A stretch of 63,953 nt of DNA, counting the filler, from Piptocephalis cylindrospora (Eukaryota), in assembly GCA_003614145.1 (NCBI GenBank). It is 21 parts of 21 records of this genome, joined end to end, with 100 filler letters (N's around TTAATTAATTAA, not from the genome) between each part and the next. Parts side by side here need not be neighbours in the genome. Positions count along the whole stretch, not along the records: positions 18,505 to 21,497 come from KZ988783.1; positions 21,598 to 24,588 come from KZ988784.1; positions 24,689 to 27,678 come from KZ988785.1; positions 27,779 to 30,767 come from KZ988786.1; positions 30,868 to 33,854 come from KZ988787.1; 16 more parts are not named here. One strand, given 5' to 3'. Both the position numbers and the translations under genes were made by a program. Positions 21,376-33,580 of the stretch are shown here, piece after piece. Under the pieces are notes generated by a model. The model made no database searches and was not told where the DNA came from. It worked only from the letters and a program-made list of their open reading frames with translations. The first letter of the stretch is position 1. Every line of letters starts with the position of its first letter.

Positions 21376-24300
21376 AATAAGCGAGCATGGGGGGAGGGGG
21401 GTGTAGGGCGTGAAAGTGAGGGAGGGTGTATATTGGCAAAGCGGGGGGGAGAAAAGGAAAGCTTAAGAAGGGAAACATGAAATAAGAGTGGGGATGGNNN
21501 NNNNNNNNNNNNNNNNNNNNNNNNNNNNNNNNNNNNNNNNNTTAATTAATTAANNNNNNNNNNNNNNNNNNNNNNNNNNNNNNNNNNNNNNNNNNNNTTG
21601 TTGGAGATTGAGTGGATGCGTAAGCAAATAACCCCCCGCCCTTACCCCCCTGTAGGGGCACGCCCCTCCCCCCCCCCCCCCCCCCCCCCCCCCGCCAGGA
21701 ACTAGAGTCTGCTGCTGGCTACACATCCGTCGGTAGAGGGCCTCCTTGCTAGCGGTGCGTCCTCTGTTTTGGGAGGCATTGCCTAGGCACGCCTCTCCAA
21801 GTGCATGTCGGGAGGAGATGCTTAATAAGTTCTTGGAAATGGTCGTGGGAAATGGCGAGGTTATCAGCAAAGACCATAGATCCGACGGACGATATATTAC
21901 GAAGGGATTGATCGGTCGTCCTGTCCAGTAGGTACATGTACCTGCGAATTCCGTAGACGCTACGTGTTCATCGCGGTAGACTAGGGTCCGCTATGAATCT
22001 TTGAGGAGCTTGGTCTGTCGCGATACCCCTGCTAAAAATACATTAGTTCATCAAGGAAATCCATTCAATTTATCATTTTTTTACTTTATTTGGATATATG
22101 TTCTTGTGTGTGACGTCAAATAATCCCAAACATCAAATGGAACAGGGAGTTTCTACTTACCTGACCTGTGGATCATTTCCTTTATGGGGGAATGTCCTTG
22201 CGCATTCTACCATGCACTATGTAAGGGGGTGATGTGATGGAGGAGAGGTTATGATGATAAGTGGCGTGAGTAGTAGTAATAAGGGGTTTTTCCTCTTTTT
22301 CGCTCCCGTTTGCACATGCCGAGCTCTGGGTTGACAAGCTAGGTCCATGTAGGGGGTGCTTCAAGAGGTGCCCGCACCTCCTCAAAGTCCCACGAGCACG
22401 CTCTATGAAGGCATGCAGGGCATGGAGAAAGGCTATGAGAATTCAGGGGGATTGACAGGTATGTCGAAGAGTAAATAAAAAAAGTTCATTTGGATATGAT
22501 GATCCTCGCACACCGCCAGCTGTTGGCGATACTACCTGGCAAGACCTATCAATCTGAAATTGGAGGAGCGGGTGTTTTCGCTCTCCTTGGAGGGATAGAA
22601 AGGTGAGTTTCCCACGGCCATTATTTAGCCTGCCATCCGGTAGAGCAACTGACTTCTAGCCAGGTGAATATGCACTAATAAGACCCACCTGAGTGGAGTA
22701 CATCTATGCAGCCCGGGAAATATTCCTAGATAATAGGCTACAATAGCACAGTAAGATGAGGTGGGAATGCAAGGTAGAGCCGTAATAGTACCGCTTGCAT
22801 GGCAAAATAAATGGATTTATATCCCTTTTGTGTGATGAACCGTCGCTATGAATGGAGGATAATGACTCAGCAGTATTTTAATGGATTTCTATTCTCGCAG
22901 ATACGTGAGAAAATAGCGCTCTTACTTGGCGCCCCGCTCCGCCACGTCTCACTTTCCCCACCCCCTCCCTCCTTGTCCTCTATTTATCGTTCTTTTTGTC
23001 CCCTTCGGGAGCAGATCCTTAGGTACACTTTAGTATTGAGATGACACATCCCTCTACCTAAGCTCATCCCTCTAGATAGAGCTGCTATATATCGCTGGAT
23101 GATCTTCTGATCATTAGGCGCACAGGCAGAAGCAGTGCCCTATATGGGGGGGGGAGGTTTAGAGGCGATGGAGGGGAGGATCAGGCTCGGTCATGCACAG
23201 GGGGAGGAGCCATCGGCCTTCATGAGCAGTTCAATGGAAGTGAAAGGCCTTGCTTACGGATTTAGGTGGAGCAATGTAGGAGGATATCAGCATGGGGAGA
23301 TGTGATTTTCGTGAGGGAGAGGGCTGGAAACATCTGGCCAGGACCCATAAGCTTAGCCCATCTGTGAAGGCCTCTCTGGAACTCCTGTTATAAGATTTGG
23401 ACGCACCAGGGAATCTAAAACATGGAATAGAAGAAGCGTTTGACGGCCGATTTGTCCGAGATGTATCCGGATGCGGGCGTACGCAAACAGAGATAAAGGA
23501 TCGTGGTTAGGGGTCTAGATAAATTGCCTCGATACATGCTGGACCGAATAGACTCATTAAGTTAAGTAATGATTGCTATGGTCTCTAATACAATACAATA
23601 TTCCTGAAGATAAAGATGAGGATGGAAGGGCGCCTTATGATGCTACTGATTGTTTCCTCTTCCTCGGTTTGGCATAGAGGAAAATGAGTATTAAATGGAG
23701 GTAATGGTCCTAGGCATGCCACCTTTTGTTCAAGGTGGGATAGGCTTGAGGATGCTGGTAGACTAGGGCAGGGAGGCAAGGGCAGAGAGTGGCGGGGTAT
23801 GGGATGTATTTTAAGATACTGGGTTGGAGCCAGGCTTGTGTCAAATCTCCATTCAGATCTTGAACCAAAGCTCTTGGAGGGTAATGTATGAGAGAATATT
23901 CAATGGCCTGCCGTATGTTATGTATATATCGAGGTAATGAAGGGTGGAAAGGCATTATAGGAGACTGAGGACAAGGTGGGTGCCTCCTACTATATTTTCA
24001 GCCAGGTTGTTGAAGTAATGATCCATGTGTCCTTCTACCCAAGCAATCTGTATATGGTACCGAGAGAGAGAGAGAGGCACTAGGTATAGAGACCCAGATG
24101 GATTTCTTGTATGACTTGAGACACTGACTAATAATGCTTTCTTGGTACGTATCCCTTAACGAATGGATAGATGAAGACAGTCATGAGCGCAGGACCTGTG
24201 AGAACGCACAGTAGGAAGGAGTTCGGTTGTTTAAAGAGTGTGTATTATGGTGTGAATTTTGAGGCGGGCAGATGGGGAAGGCAGCATGCTGCGATGCCCA

Positions 24301-24688
24301 TATGGGGTAGCAAAGTCAGCCGGGAATTCAAACATGACCTTGTAATATCCGTGACCTGAGTGAAGGGGGATATGAACGAGGGATTTCATTTGTCCGTAAG
24401 GGCTCGTCTTTTATGAATGGAAGATGGAAAGGGGTGTAAATTAAGGAGGGTCAGTCCATCTAGATGAGACCATTTTAGATACGGATGATGGATCATTAAT
24501 TATTCAATACGATCCATTCCTCTCCCCAGGCGTGTGGATGAAAGATAAATGAGTCCATATCGATGACAAGAGTAAATATGCAGTCCTCNNNNNNNNNNNN
24601 NNNNNNNNNNNNNNNNNNNNNNNNNNNNNNNNTTAATTAATTAANNNNNNNNNNNNNNNNNNNNNNNNNNNNNNNNNNNNNNNNNNNN

Positions 24689-26350
24689 CAGCAAGTTCGA
24701 GTGGATTGTGTGGGCCTTGCCCTTTCCCGCTGGCAGGTAGAGGGATTCGGAGAGGAGGTCAACGGGGCCGATGAAGAAGAGAAGGATCCAAAGGAAGAGA
24801 TCCATTCCAGAGGAATAGAAGAGGAAGGGAGGGGAGGGAGGGAGGAAAAGGCCAAGAAGATGGTCAAGGAGACATTTCATCGACTGAAATCCGCCTCGGG
24901 TTTACTGTCCAGACTGTCCCCAAGCCCCAGCAGCCCCACCCGTTCCATCTCTAGGGCTTCCTCATCCTCTTCCTCCTCCTCCTCCTCCTCCTCCAGCTCT
25001 TCCTCGTCATCTCCTCCTTCCCCCTATCCCTCTCCCTCTCCCGCCTCGCCCTACTCTTCAAGCTCATCTACCCCTACGGCCACATCCTCCTTCACTACTC
25101 TGTATGACCCATTTACTGCCATGGAGGAGGATGTGGGGGAGGTGGAGGGGGGAGAATCTCTGGGGGGTGTGCACAACCCCCAGGGAGAAATGCTGGCTTC
25201 CACCTCCAATGGTCATTTCGAGACCACAATGTCTATTCAGGATGGCATGGTACAACAGTGGAGAGAGGAAGTCGATCGACTTGGCCTCCTTTCCGATACC
25301 CCAGAGGATCCCGAGGTTCGGAGAGTGGCTTTGCGTATCCGTGCCCACTTCCAAACCGACTCACCCTCTGTTCCACATCACTCGGCCTCGTCCCCATCCC
25401 TCTCCCGCCCCCTGCGTACTTCTCCAGTTGCCGGTGGGGTGGTTCGTCTCATCGAACCTTATGGCATCTCCATTATCTCAGATATTGATGACACCATCAA
25501 GGATACTGGGGTTATCGAAGGAAAACGTACTGTCCTGAGCAATACTTTCCTCTCCCAATTACGTCAAGTTCCTGGAATGTCGGAAATGTACAATGATTGG
25601 GTAAGCCTTCTAGCGGATTGGAAGGGATGACTATCCCTCATATTCACCCACCCCTCCCCCACCTCATACCTTCAATAGTGGAAGCAAGGAGCAGAGTTTC
25701 ATTATGTCTCCAACTCCCCCTGGCAGCTCTATCCCATGATCGAAGAATTTCTCGGAATCTATAAGTTCCCCCCAGGATCTCTGCACCTTCGGGTGCTTCC
25801 TGGGGTATTTCAAGGAAGATACAATCCGGTGCAGGGGAAACGCCAAGCTATCCTAGAGATCATGCGAGACTTTCCACACCGACGTTTCATCCTCATCGGT
25901 GATAGTGGGGAGATGGACATGGAGATGTACTCGGCGATTGCCGAGGAAAAGCCCGATCAAGTCCTCAAGATCCTCATTCGGGACGTGACAAAGTCCCATC
26001 TCCTACGTCGACTCCCCACCGCTTTCCTCCCGGAATCCCTGTCTGGAACTCGGTCCCCCCAGAATAGGAGCGGTCACTCCAACGAATCCTCCTCTCCGCA
26101 CTCATGGGCCTCTGAAAATGGAAGTTCCTGGAAATTGGGCTTTCGCACTCGTGGTCGAAGCGAGGAGGGGACTGTGGCCAGTATCCGGAACAAACTGGTA
26201 GACTTTACCGACCGGGTCCGACGGCTTCTCGAGCCCCATGATGCCATGCTCTTCCAGGATGGATATGACCTTAAGGAACGCACACACTTCTCCCATCTTT
26301 TCCGCAAGAAAGGTGATATAGTGTCCGAGAGCGAGGATGAGGAAGACTGA
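24689..26350 (+). CDS. APP1: App1-type phosphatidate phosphatase (DUF2183), 5' truncated; intron 25601-25678
   Basis: GISIISDIDDTIK, VPGM, FHYVSNSPWQLYP and FILIGDSGEMD. Confidence 0.9.
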
Positions 26351-26960
26351 TGGGATATACATTACACAGGACCCCTTTTGAAATCAGTGTATGAATGCCA
26401 GTCGAGGATGGTGTGTAACACGTCTTTATCCATACACTTCTATGTTGCTCTATGTTAGTAAATAGATAGATGGGGCGATACTTGGCATGTATGCGATATA
26501 TTGTTAAGGGTCTGGTAATAGTAAAATCATTATATTTCCCCAGGTGGGATAGCTCGATGGATATCCGAAATTGTTAAGAGCCTGGTTCTCTTCTTATTGC
26601 CTGCCCCACTTGGGGATAATAGAACGGCTTTATCATCATCAGAGCCTGGCTCTCAGGAAGGGATAAACGAGTAGGAGTGACTTCAAATGTAAAATGACTT
26701 AACCTTCAAATGTATTGGGGATGTCCGTCTAAAGTGTAGTTGTTTATACTATTATCTTGATTGCTCGTGATCATTCTCTCTGATCCTGACACAAGAGCTT
26801 GCATAATGTATTGACTATTCGACACATACGCACACATATATATATAGATTACTTAGAGGCGCTGGGTCGGGGATGACACGTCAGGTCGGCCAAAATAACA
26901 ACATCCACGACAGCCTTTTAATCGCACTCTAAACCTCTTATTCCTCATCTCTACGGAACC

Positions 26961-27678
26961 ATGACTACTGAAGGCACAGGTAAGGCCATGACAAATACTC
27001 CTTGTCCAACGCGCCTCATGTCCCCCATCTCAATAGGTATTAGCTATGAGGAGAAACGGGAAGCGAATATTCGAAAGAACAAGGAGATGCTGGCGGAACT
27101 ACAGCTTGTCTCGGCAGATGCCCCTTATCCGAGTAGGAGTACCCGAGCTGCTCTGGGTGTGCCAAAAGAAAATAGGGATGAGGAAAGGGGGAAAAGGAAA
27201 CGGAAACGGACGATGGTACCTGCCAGCTTACCGCCCACGACAAATAGGGTTACACGATCCCGCCGACGACTTGATCGTTCAGAGATTGATAGGACATTGA
27301 TTCGTAGACAAAAAGACGGTAGTGATGATGATGATAACGACAATAAGGCTCATACTACTGGAGGAACTCCGAGTGGTGATGGCTTGATTGAAGGCAAGGT
27401 AGGAAAATGGACCCATAATTCAGCCGTAATGCATTTACTCATTCCGCCATGCTACAGGACGATCCAGACGCCAATGTCCTCTTGGATCCCGAGGACTTTT
27501 TCCCTCAACATATTCTCTCCAAGGCGGTTCATGTCACAGGCCATTTTCATGGTTGGATATCCGCAGAATTACGGGCCAGATGGGGGATTGAGGCGTCAGC
27601 TGAACAGGCATGGGAAGCCGAAGGAGGAGGCAAATTTTCCTTTAAAAACCCCATGGGAGACGTCAAAGAGACGGGGGA
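26961..27678 (+). CDS. Hypothetical nuclear protein, multi-exon, 3' truncated
   Basis: SYEEKREANIRKNKEMLAELQL coiled motif, basic KRKRKR NLS-like stretch, and a later exon HFHGWI...WGIEASAEQAWEAEGGGKFSFKNP; GT-AG junctions. Confidence 0.6.
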
Positions 27679-27924
27679 NNNNNNNNNNNNNNNNNNNNNN
27701 NNNNNNNNNNNNNNNNNNNNNNTTAATTAATTAANNNNNNNNNNNNNNNNNNNNNNNNNNNNNNNNNNNNNNNNNNNNGCGCGATGTATGGCGAGAGAGA
27801 ATACATGAAGAATGAGCAGATGAAATGGGGCAATTGCATTGATTGGGGGATGATACATGGTGCATGGCTCGCATGATCTGACAAAAGTCGAGGAAAGGAT
27901 AAACGCTTTTCTCATGGACGATGA

Positions 27925-28252
27925 CTATCCCTTGAATTCGCGCAGGACCCGCTATATGGATAGGAGGATTGAGTGAGTGATTTTTAGAATGTCAATACAC
28001 TGAATCATGCACTGATCGGTCAAAGCATCCACAGTCAACGGGACCCACCTGCTTGACCTTTGCAATGTGTGCGGGGCCCAAGGAGGCCTCACCGGCCTTG
28101 GCCCGCTCTGTGTTGGCTTGGTCAAGAAGGCGTTGGAGAAAGTGGAGGTAGTCAAGATAGACAAGGATGTCGACGGTCTTGGACAGACGATAGTCGGGCT
28201 GATGAGCTCGTAAGGTTCGACGAAGCGATGATCTTGGGTAGAGTCTTGCCAT
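27925..28252 (-). CDS. CENP-W-like centromeric histone-fold protein (~76 aa); intron 27952-28048
   Basis: MARLYPRSSLRRTLRAHQP..RLSKTVDILVYLDYLHFLQRL...HIAKVKQ spliced to RVLREFKG*, matching the CENP-W/Wip1 pattern. Confidence 0.8.
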
Positions 28253-28890
28253 GGTCACTGGGGTCTTGGGGAAAGGTGGTGAGATGGGAGAAGGGAGACG
28301 GAGGAAGGGTAGATTAGATCGGCTAGGAAAGGCAGCTGATAATAAGGGATTATTTATGGTATTATAAGAAGCCTAGTTTAATAAGGCCGATGTCATTGAG
28401 AAATCTAAGTGTGTGGACGATGTGAGGATGAGTTTAGTACTACCCAGGTAGTCTGGGGTTGAGCTAGGGTAGGTTTGCGGAAGGAGGACACCAATAGTCC
28501 CAGATAGAACTGAGGTGCTTGGAAGAGAGAATCGGAGTGGCGGAGTGACAATGTCGGAAAAGGCTTCTCTTGGTTAGGTGGGGCAGACAAAACTCCGAAG
28601 ATATGCGGAGTTAGAATGGAGAAGAATTCGCTGAAGCAAGATGGCCTATAAAAGATCATGGAATCTCGAGAAGGCCTATTCCTTTCCTGTATTCCCTTCC
28701 CCATCCACCTTTTCTCCTACCTTTCCATTAACACACTTGAACGACCCTACTTGGTATCTTCAGAACCTCGCTCGCGAATCCTATCCCGCTCCCCCCACTG
28801 CACTCCTCATTGACGTCTCTTTCCTCCATTCTCTCCATCCCTTCTTTTCTCCCTCTCCCCCCCCCCCCCCCTCCCATTCTTTTCCTCACC

Positions 28891-29421
28891 ATGCCCCCTT
28901 CCCTCCCCCCCCCCTTGTCTCCCCTCCCCTTTCTCTTTCCTCAGCCACCCAAACCCTCCCCCCCACTGTTCTCCCAAGATACCAAGCACGCTGCCACCTC
29001 CGGTCTAGCCAGTGGGGCTGGAGCCGGCCTGGGCATGGGCCTTGTCAGCAAGGCCTTTAGTTCCCACAAGTCCAGCGATCATGACGATGAAAAGAAGAAG
29101 GAATCTTCCTCTCAGACACCCACCGAAACACAGGCGCCCGTCACCTCTGCTCCCATGTCACACTCCCAAATTGCGAGTTCCGACATTGGCATGCAGACCT
29201 TTACCAAGGAAGCAGATTCAGGTACTCGTATGACCTTCTTCATCGAGACTTATGACCCGGCCCGTGGTCCCGTGGCTGATTCCAAGGCAGTTCTCTCCCA
29301 GCCCATGCCTGGATCCTCTGAAAATCCAGCCCGCATTGTCGGGGATGATGGAAGGGGTCATCGAGTTACGACCTACATTGAAAACCGGGCATCCGGGCCT
29401 GGTGGACTTCGGCAGATCTAA
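28891..29421 (+). CDS. Small hypothetical protein (start uncertain)
   Basis: Open frame with coding-like codon usage from ~28980 and an internal partial repeat (GTRMTFFIE / GHRVTTYIE); no family recognised. Confidence 0.45.
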   Translation: MPPSLPPPLSPLPFLFPQPPKPSPPLFSQDTKHAATSGLASGAGAGLGMGLVSKAFSSHKSSDHDDEKKKESSSQTPTETQAPVTSAPMSHSQIASSDIGMQTFTKEADSGTRMTFFIETYDPARGPVADSKAVLSQPMPGSSENPARIVGDDGRGHRVTTYIENRASGPGGLRQI

Positions 29422-30307
29422 GAGATGCTCTCTTTTTGTCCATCCCAAGACGGTCTCTCTTATGGCTTGGTATGTCCTTGTCCTTTATCCGTGATTCTTG
29501 TTCCCTGTCCAGAGTTTTTCTTGTTTGCCTCTCTTTTCTTAATCCAATCTATCCGTTGCTCCTTTCTCCCTTTGTACTGATGTCTAATCTATCCTGGTAC
29601 TTAAGAGGTAAGCTATGTTAAATTTATGTTCATTTTTCATAAGCGGAGTAAACTCTGCTCTGGAAATTGTATGCTGCCTTCCACTCGTCTGTCCGCCCAC
29701 ATACTGACGCATACATGCCCTGGTGCCAGGGAGCGGAGTGGGTGGTAGCTCATGACAACACAGACATCATTAGAGAACATGTCTAACTGTCCCTTCTGAG
29801 GGAGAAGTCTTCACTGACTCTCCGCACGCCTTTTTCTTGACGGAGTAACCCCACCCGGATACAGCTGGTGTAAGGACTGCGGAGAGGCGTAGGAATATGT
29901 CTTTGTGTGTATCCGTTCATGTCCCCCATGCGGAATCCCTGACCTCTCCGCTCTCCCTCCCAATATCACATCACCACCATCACCCTTCCTTTCTCTGGCC
30001 GCATAGTGACCTCTCCCCTCATTAAACAACACCTGTTCTATCCCCTCTCCAATTTCTCTCACACAGAGGCATACGCTTGCTCCGGTTGGACACGCCTGAT
30101 ACGAAACTTCATCCCAAAAACCCTTCCCGACTGGCCGGTATAGTCCTTAAATGCCACAGCCACTATGTCCCAGATCCTCCAGGTGCCTTTCCGCTTCGTC
30201 CTCCCACCTCTCTTGTCCTTCAGCCTCTTGTCTTCATCCTTGGCAACTTGCCACTTACCACCATCCCTCATTCCCTTTTTCTTCTTTGCCCCTTCCTATC
30301 CACTTAC

Positions 30308-30620
30308 TTCGATGTAAATTAGCCAAGGTGGGAGCCAGGCCACTTTGAGCAAGGGCAATGAGTTTAAGGGCAACGTCAAATTGATGAGGCAAAAGGAAGC
30401 CTTGGTCATCTTCGTCGGCCAATTGCCACACCTCCCCAAGCTTAGAGGAGGGGAGTTTGGCATTGGCGAAGAAGGGAACGGCTTGCTGCCCGGTGACCAC
30501 ACCCAAAGTCTCGCTGTCGGCAGCGGCAAAGAGTTGCTTATAGACAAACTCTTCCTCGGGGGTCAAGTTGACCTTGGACGGGGCCTTTCCATAGGCCGGG
30601 GAGCCCGGGTTGGATGTCAT
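30308..30620 (-). CDS. EDE1: Eps15/Ede1-like protein, first EH domain only
   Basis: LTPEEEFVYKQLFAAADSETLGVVTGQQAVPFF..AKL....LGEVWQLAD....GFL...F.VALKLIALAQ, followed by a GTAAGT donor. Confidence 0.8.
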
Positions 30621-30868
30621 TGGGGATGATCAAGGGAGAGGGCAGGAGGATGTAAGGAAAATGTGGATGCGGCCGCAAGCGGGCAGTGTCAATAGGGATT
30701 TGACGTCGGTGGGAGGTTGAGGGTAAGAAAGAAGAGGAAAGAGCCGTTGGGAAGGGGTTAGAGGAAGNNNNNNNNNNNNNNNNNNNNNNNNNNNNNNNNN
30801 NNNNNNNNNNNTTAATTAATTAANNNNNNNNNNNNNNNNNNNNNNNNNNNNNNNNNNNNNNNNNNNNC

Positions 30869-32050
30869 ACTCCTTCTGAAAACAGCAGTGGAGCTAGCAC
30901 TCCCCCTGACCAAAACGATGGAGCTCAGGAATCTTCCGGGCTCGCGTCCAAGAACCCTCCCAAGTACACGGGAAAGCTCGAGATCAAAGATCGGGGTGTC
31001 GGGATCGTGTGCTCTAACCAAACCGTCGGTGGGTTGGATTATACTGTGAAGGCTTCCAAAAATTTCCTTCTCCTTCTCTTACCAGCCAAGGAAGCCAAGG
31101 AATATGCGGACAAAGCCAATAAGACACCAGAGCCCTTTGAGCAGCCCAGAGGCACAGTGCAAGAACAGGCTCTTAGCTTTGATGCTGGCACAGCAGATAA
31201 AATCGTAGGTTCCAACCCATCGATGGTGCTGATGGAACCCAAAGAGCGGTGTCTTGTGATCCTCAACCGCGACGACGAAAAGAGACCCGCTACTGTAGAT
31301 GTGGAAATCCAATGGTTCACCGTCCCTACCAAAACGTCCCACTATACCTTTTTAAGCTCCTACTCTGCAGAGTTGGTTGAAAGAAGGAATGAACCCAAGG
31401 TCAAGCCCTGGCTTCCCTGGTTGACGGATGGGTCCAAGAACTTTCATGATTACGATTTCAACATGGAGCCCAAGGGTGTACTTGTCAAAGAAAAGAATCC
31501 TGCTCCGATTACTTTTGATGGCCCTGACAAGAAGAACCCTGAGCCTGTGAGCGAAAAGGTGACAATTCCTCCCAGCAACGCAACGTTTATTTGTTCGAAA
31601 GAGCCCGTTGGAGGTATTTCCTACACCGTTAAAGGCGACCCAGGTCAGGTTATCTCCAGAACAATGGTAGTACCAGAAAGTATAGCGAAGATGGCTATGG
31701 ATTTTTACCGCGGAGTCAAGGTGGATGTAGATGAAACGTATCCCCCTCCAAAGATGCAAGCTCTTACCTGCGACTCGATGGGGTTTCCCGAGTGCAGCAA
31801 CTCCAACCCTCCTGGCCAATTAATGGATCCCGAAATTATGTGTCTCGGGCTCTACAACGACTTCAAGAACACCACCACGAGCGTCGACATGACAATCCAA
31901 TGGCTGACAACCAAGACGAACACCACTCTTTACGTGATGAGCCGCTCTGGCCTCATGGATATTTTGAAGGCTGCAGAGAATGACACTAGCGTTCGTCCCT
32001 GGGTCACCTCCTCGAACATTCTTAATCCCAAGGCCGACTGGATGGCCTAG
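30869..32050 (+). CDS. Orphan protein with two tandem ~190-aa internal repeats, 5' truncated
   Basis: Frame is open from the contig edge to TAG 32050; the two halves align by eye (see findings). Confidence 0.8.
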   Translation, partial: TPSENSSGASTPPDQNDGAQESSGLASKNPPKYTGKLEIKDRGVGIVCSNQTVGGLDYTVKASKNFLLLLLPAKEAKEYADKANKTPEPFEQPRGTVQEQALSFDAGTADKIVGSNPSMVLMEPKERCLVILNRDDEKRPATVDVEIQWFTVPTKTSHYTFLSSYSAELVERRNEPKVKPWLPWLTDGSKNFHDYDFNMEPKGVLVKEKNPAPITFDGPDKKNPEPVSEKVTIPPSNATFICSKEPVGGISYTVKGDPGQVISRTMVVPESIAKMAMDFYRGVKVDVDETYPPPKMQALTCDSMGFPECSNSNPPGQLMDPEIMCLGLYNDFKNTTTSVDMTIQWLTTKTNTTLYVMSRSGLMDILKAAENDTSVRPWVTSSNILNPKADWMA

Positions 32051-32738
32051 TCATCTGGATCATCTCGCGTTTCTCGTTGTTCTGCTATTCTGCTGTTCTT
32101 AATGTCGACATCTTCTGGTCTGACAAGTACAACAGACCCTGGTGGATTGGCGTCCATGGCAGAGAAATGTGTGCCAACCCATCTTCGCTGACGACCTCGT
32201 CAACCTGAATAAACGTACGCTGAGTACTGTTTGTCTCTTATTTTCTCATTATCGATTGTTATGCGCTTGCCGCTGTTGCGGATACACCAGAAGGCAGGAA
32301 CTAGAGACCGCATCCCTAAACACAAATGGCACACATATATGAGTTCGGTTGATAAGGCATTTCTATGCATAAAGATCTCTTCTACCCCCCATCCTCCTCC
32401 TCGTATCGCTCTATTCGCTATAGGCGATTAGGCATGAAACATTAAATGAGGGCCCCATCCCCTCATTCACCCCACTCAAAAACACCAACTCCGCTGGTAG
32501 CCAGAATTGGGCCTCAGGCGGAGTTTTTCTTTTGATAGTTGCAGTCCTCTACCTCTCCATTCTCTCCGTATCTCCGATAGTGCATGCCAGTCCAGGCGGG
32601 GCTCTTGGCCCTATGCACAACGAGTCAAGGTCGTTTAATGCGTATAAAAATGGGATATAACACTGGGGGAGTGAACCCCAATGAACTCCCCCCCATCCCT
32701 TCACCTTCTTCCTTTCGTCTCCACAGTCTCCTCCATCT

Positions 32739-33145
32739 CTCCCATCATCCTCCCCTTCTTCCCTCCTCCTCCTCCTCCCGCTAGACGTACTTTAAATTCT
32801 TTAGAGTGGTACAATAGGCCTCGGTCAGGATGAAGGGGATGGTGATACTTCCCTTCTTGTCTTGAGGAAATTCTGGAATTGAAGGGGATTGAATGAGTGA
32901 ATGCCAAGGGGGTGGGGGTGGATGAGGGGAAAAGGGCTCACGTTTACATAGGACAAAGCTGGAGACGCGAGGGCCAAAAGCCCAGAAGGGAAAGGAAGGA
33001 AAGGATCCTGGTTGGGGGGATTTGAGGGAGGATGGGAGAATGAGCATGGTTCACTTGAGGGGTGACCTGAGAAGAGGATGAGGATGAGGAAGAGGAGGAG
33101 GAGGAGGAGGAGGAGGAGGAGGGAAGAAGGGGAGGATGATGGGAG
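32739..33145. repeat. Perfect 40-bp inverted repeat (32739-32778 / 33106-33145)
   Basis: CTCCCATCATCCTCCCCTTCTTCCCTCCTCCTCCTCCTCC and its exact reverse complement. Confidence 0.85.
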
Positions 33146-33580
33146 GCAAGACCTTCTCGGGTCCGTGAGGGATGACGGGAGGAGGGGAGGATGGTGGGGC
33201 CATTGGAATGAGAGGTGGATGGAGCGGGTCCAAATTCACCAACGACCGATTCCACGGTTAGACCCTTTGGGTTTGAGCCCGTTTGTCTATGGGAAGAGGA
33301 GATATGGGGTGAGATGAATGGATGTTGGGAGGGATACCTCTGCTGGCCAGAGGATGACTTACTGGGAGACCCAACGATGAAAAGATGCCAAGACTTCATC
33401 TTTCTGGTTGGATGCTAGCCAATCGACGTAGGAGGAGAGCTGCTGGATGAGACCCTCCTTGGTGCCAATGGCCCTGAATCGGGTGGTCTGGGTCATGTTG
33501 AGGCCTCGCATGAGGATTTTCATGGCCCGAACCGATAGTTCAGGGAGCTTTTCCTTGATCTCGAGACATGCCGAGGACAT
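32791..33580 (-). CDS. Probable SIZ/PIAS SUMO E3 ligase, N-terminal fragment (SAP-like domain plus start of PINIT)
   Basis: Exon 1 LPELSVRAMKILMRGLN...GTKEGLIQQL is SAP-like; later exons FPSFPFW...CK/..QDKKGSITIPFILTEAYCTTL resemble the start of PINIT. The splice model is not fully resolved. Confidence 0.5.
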
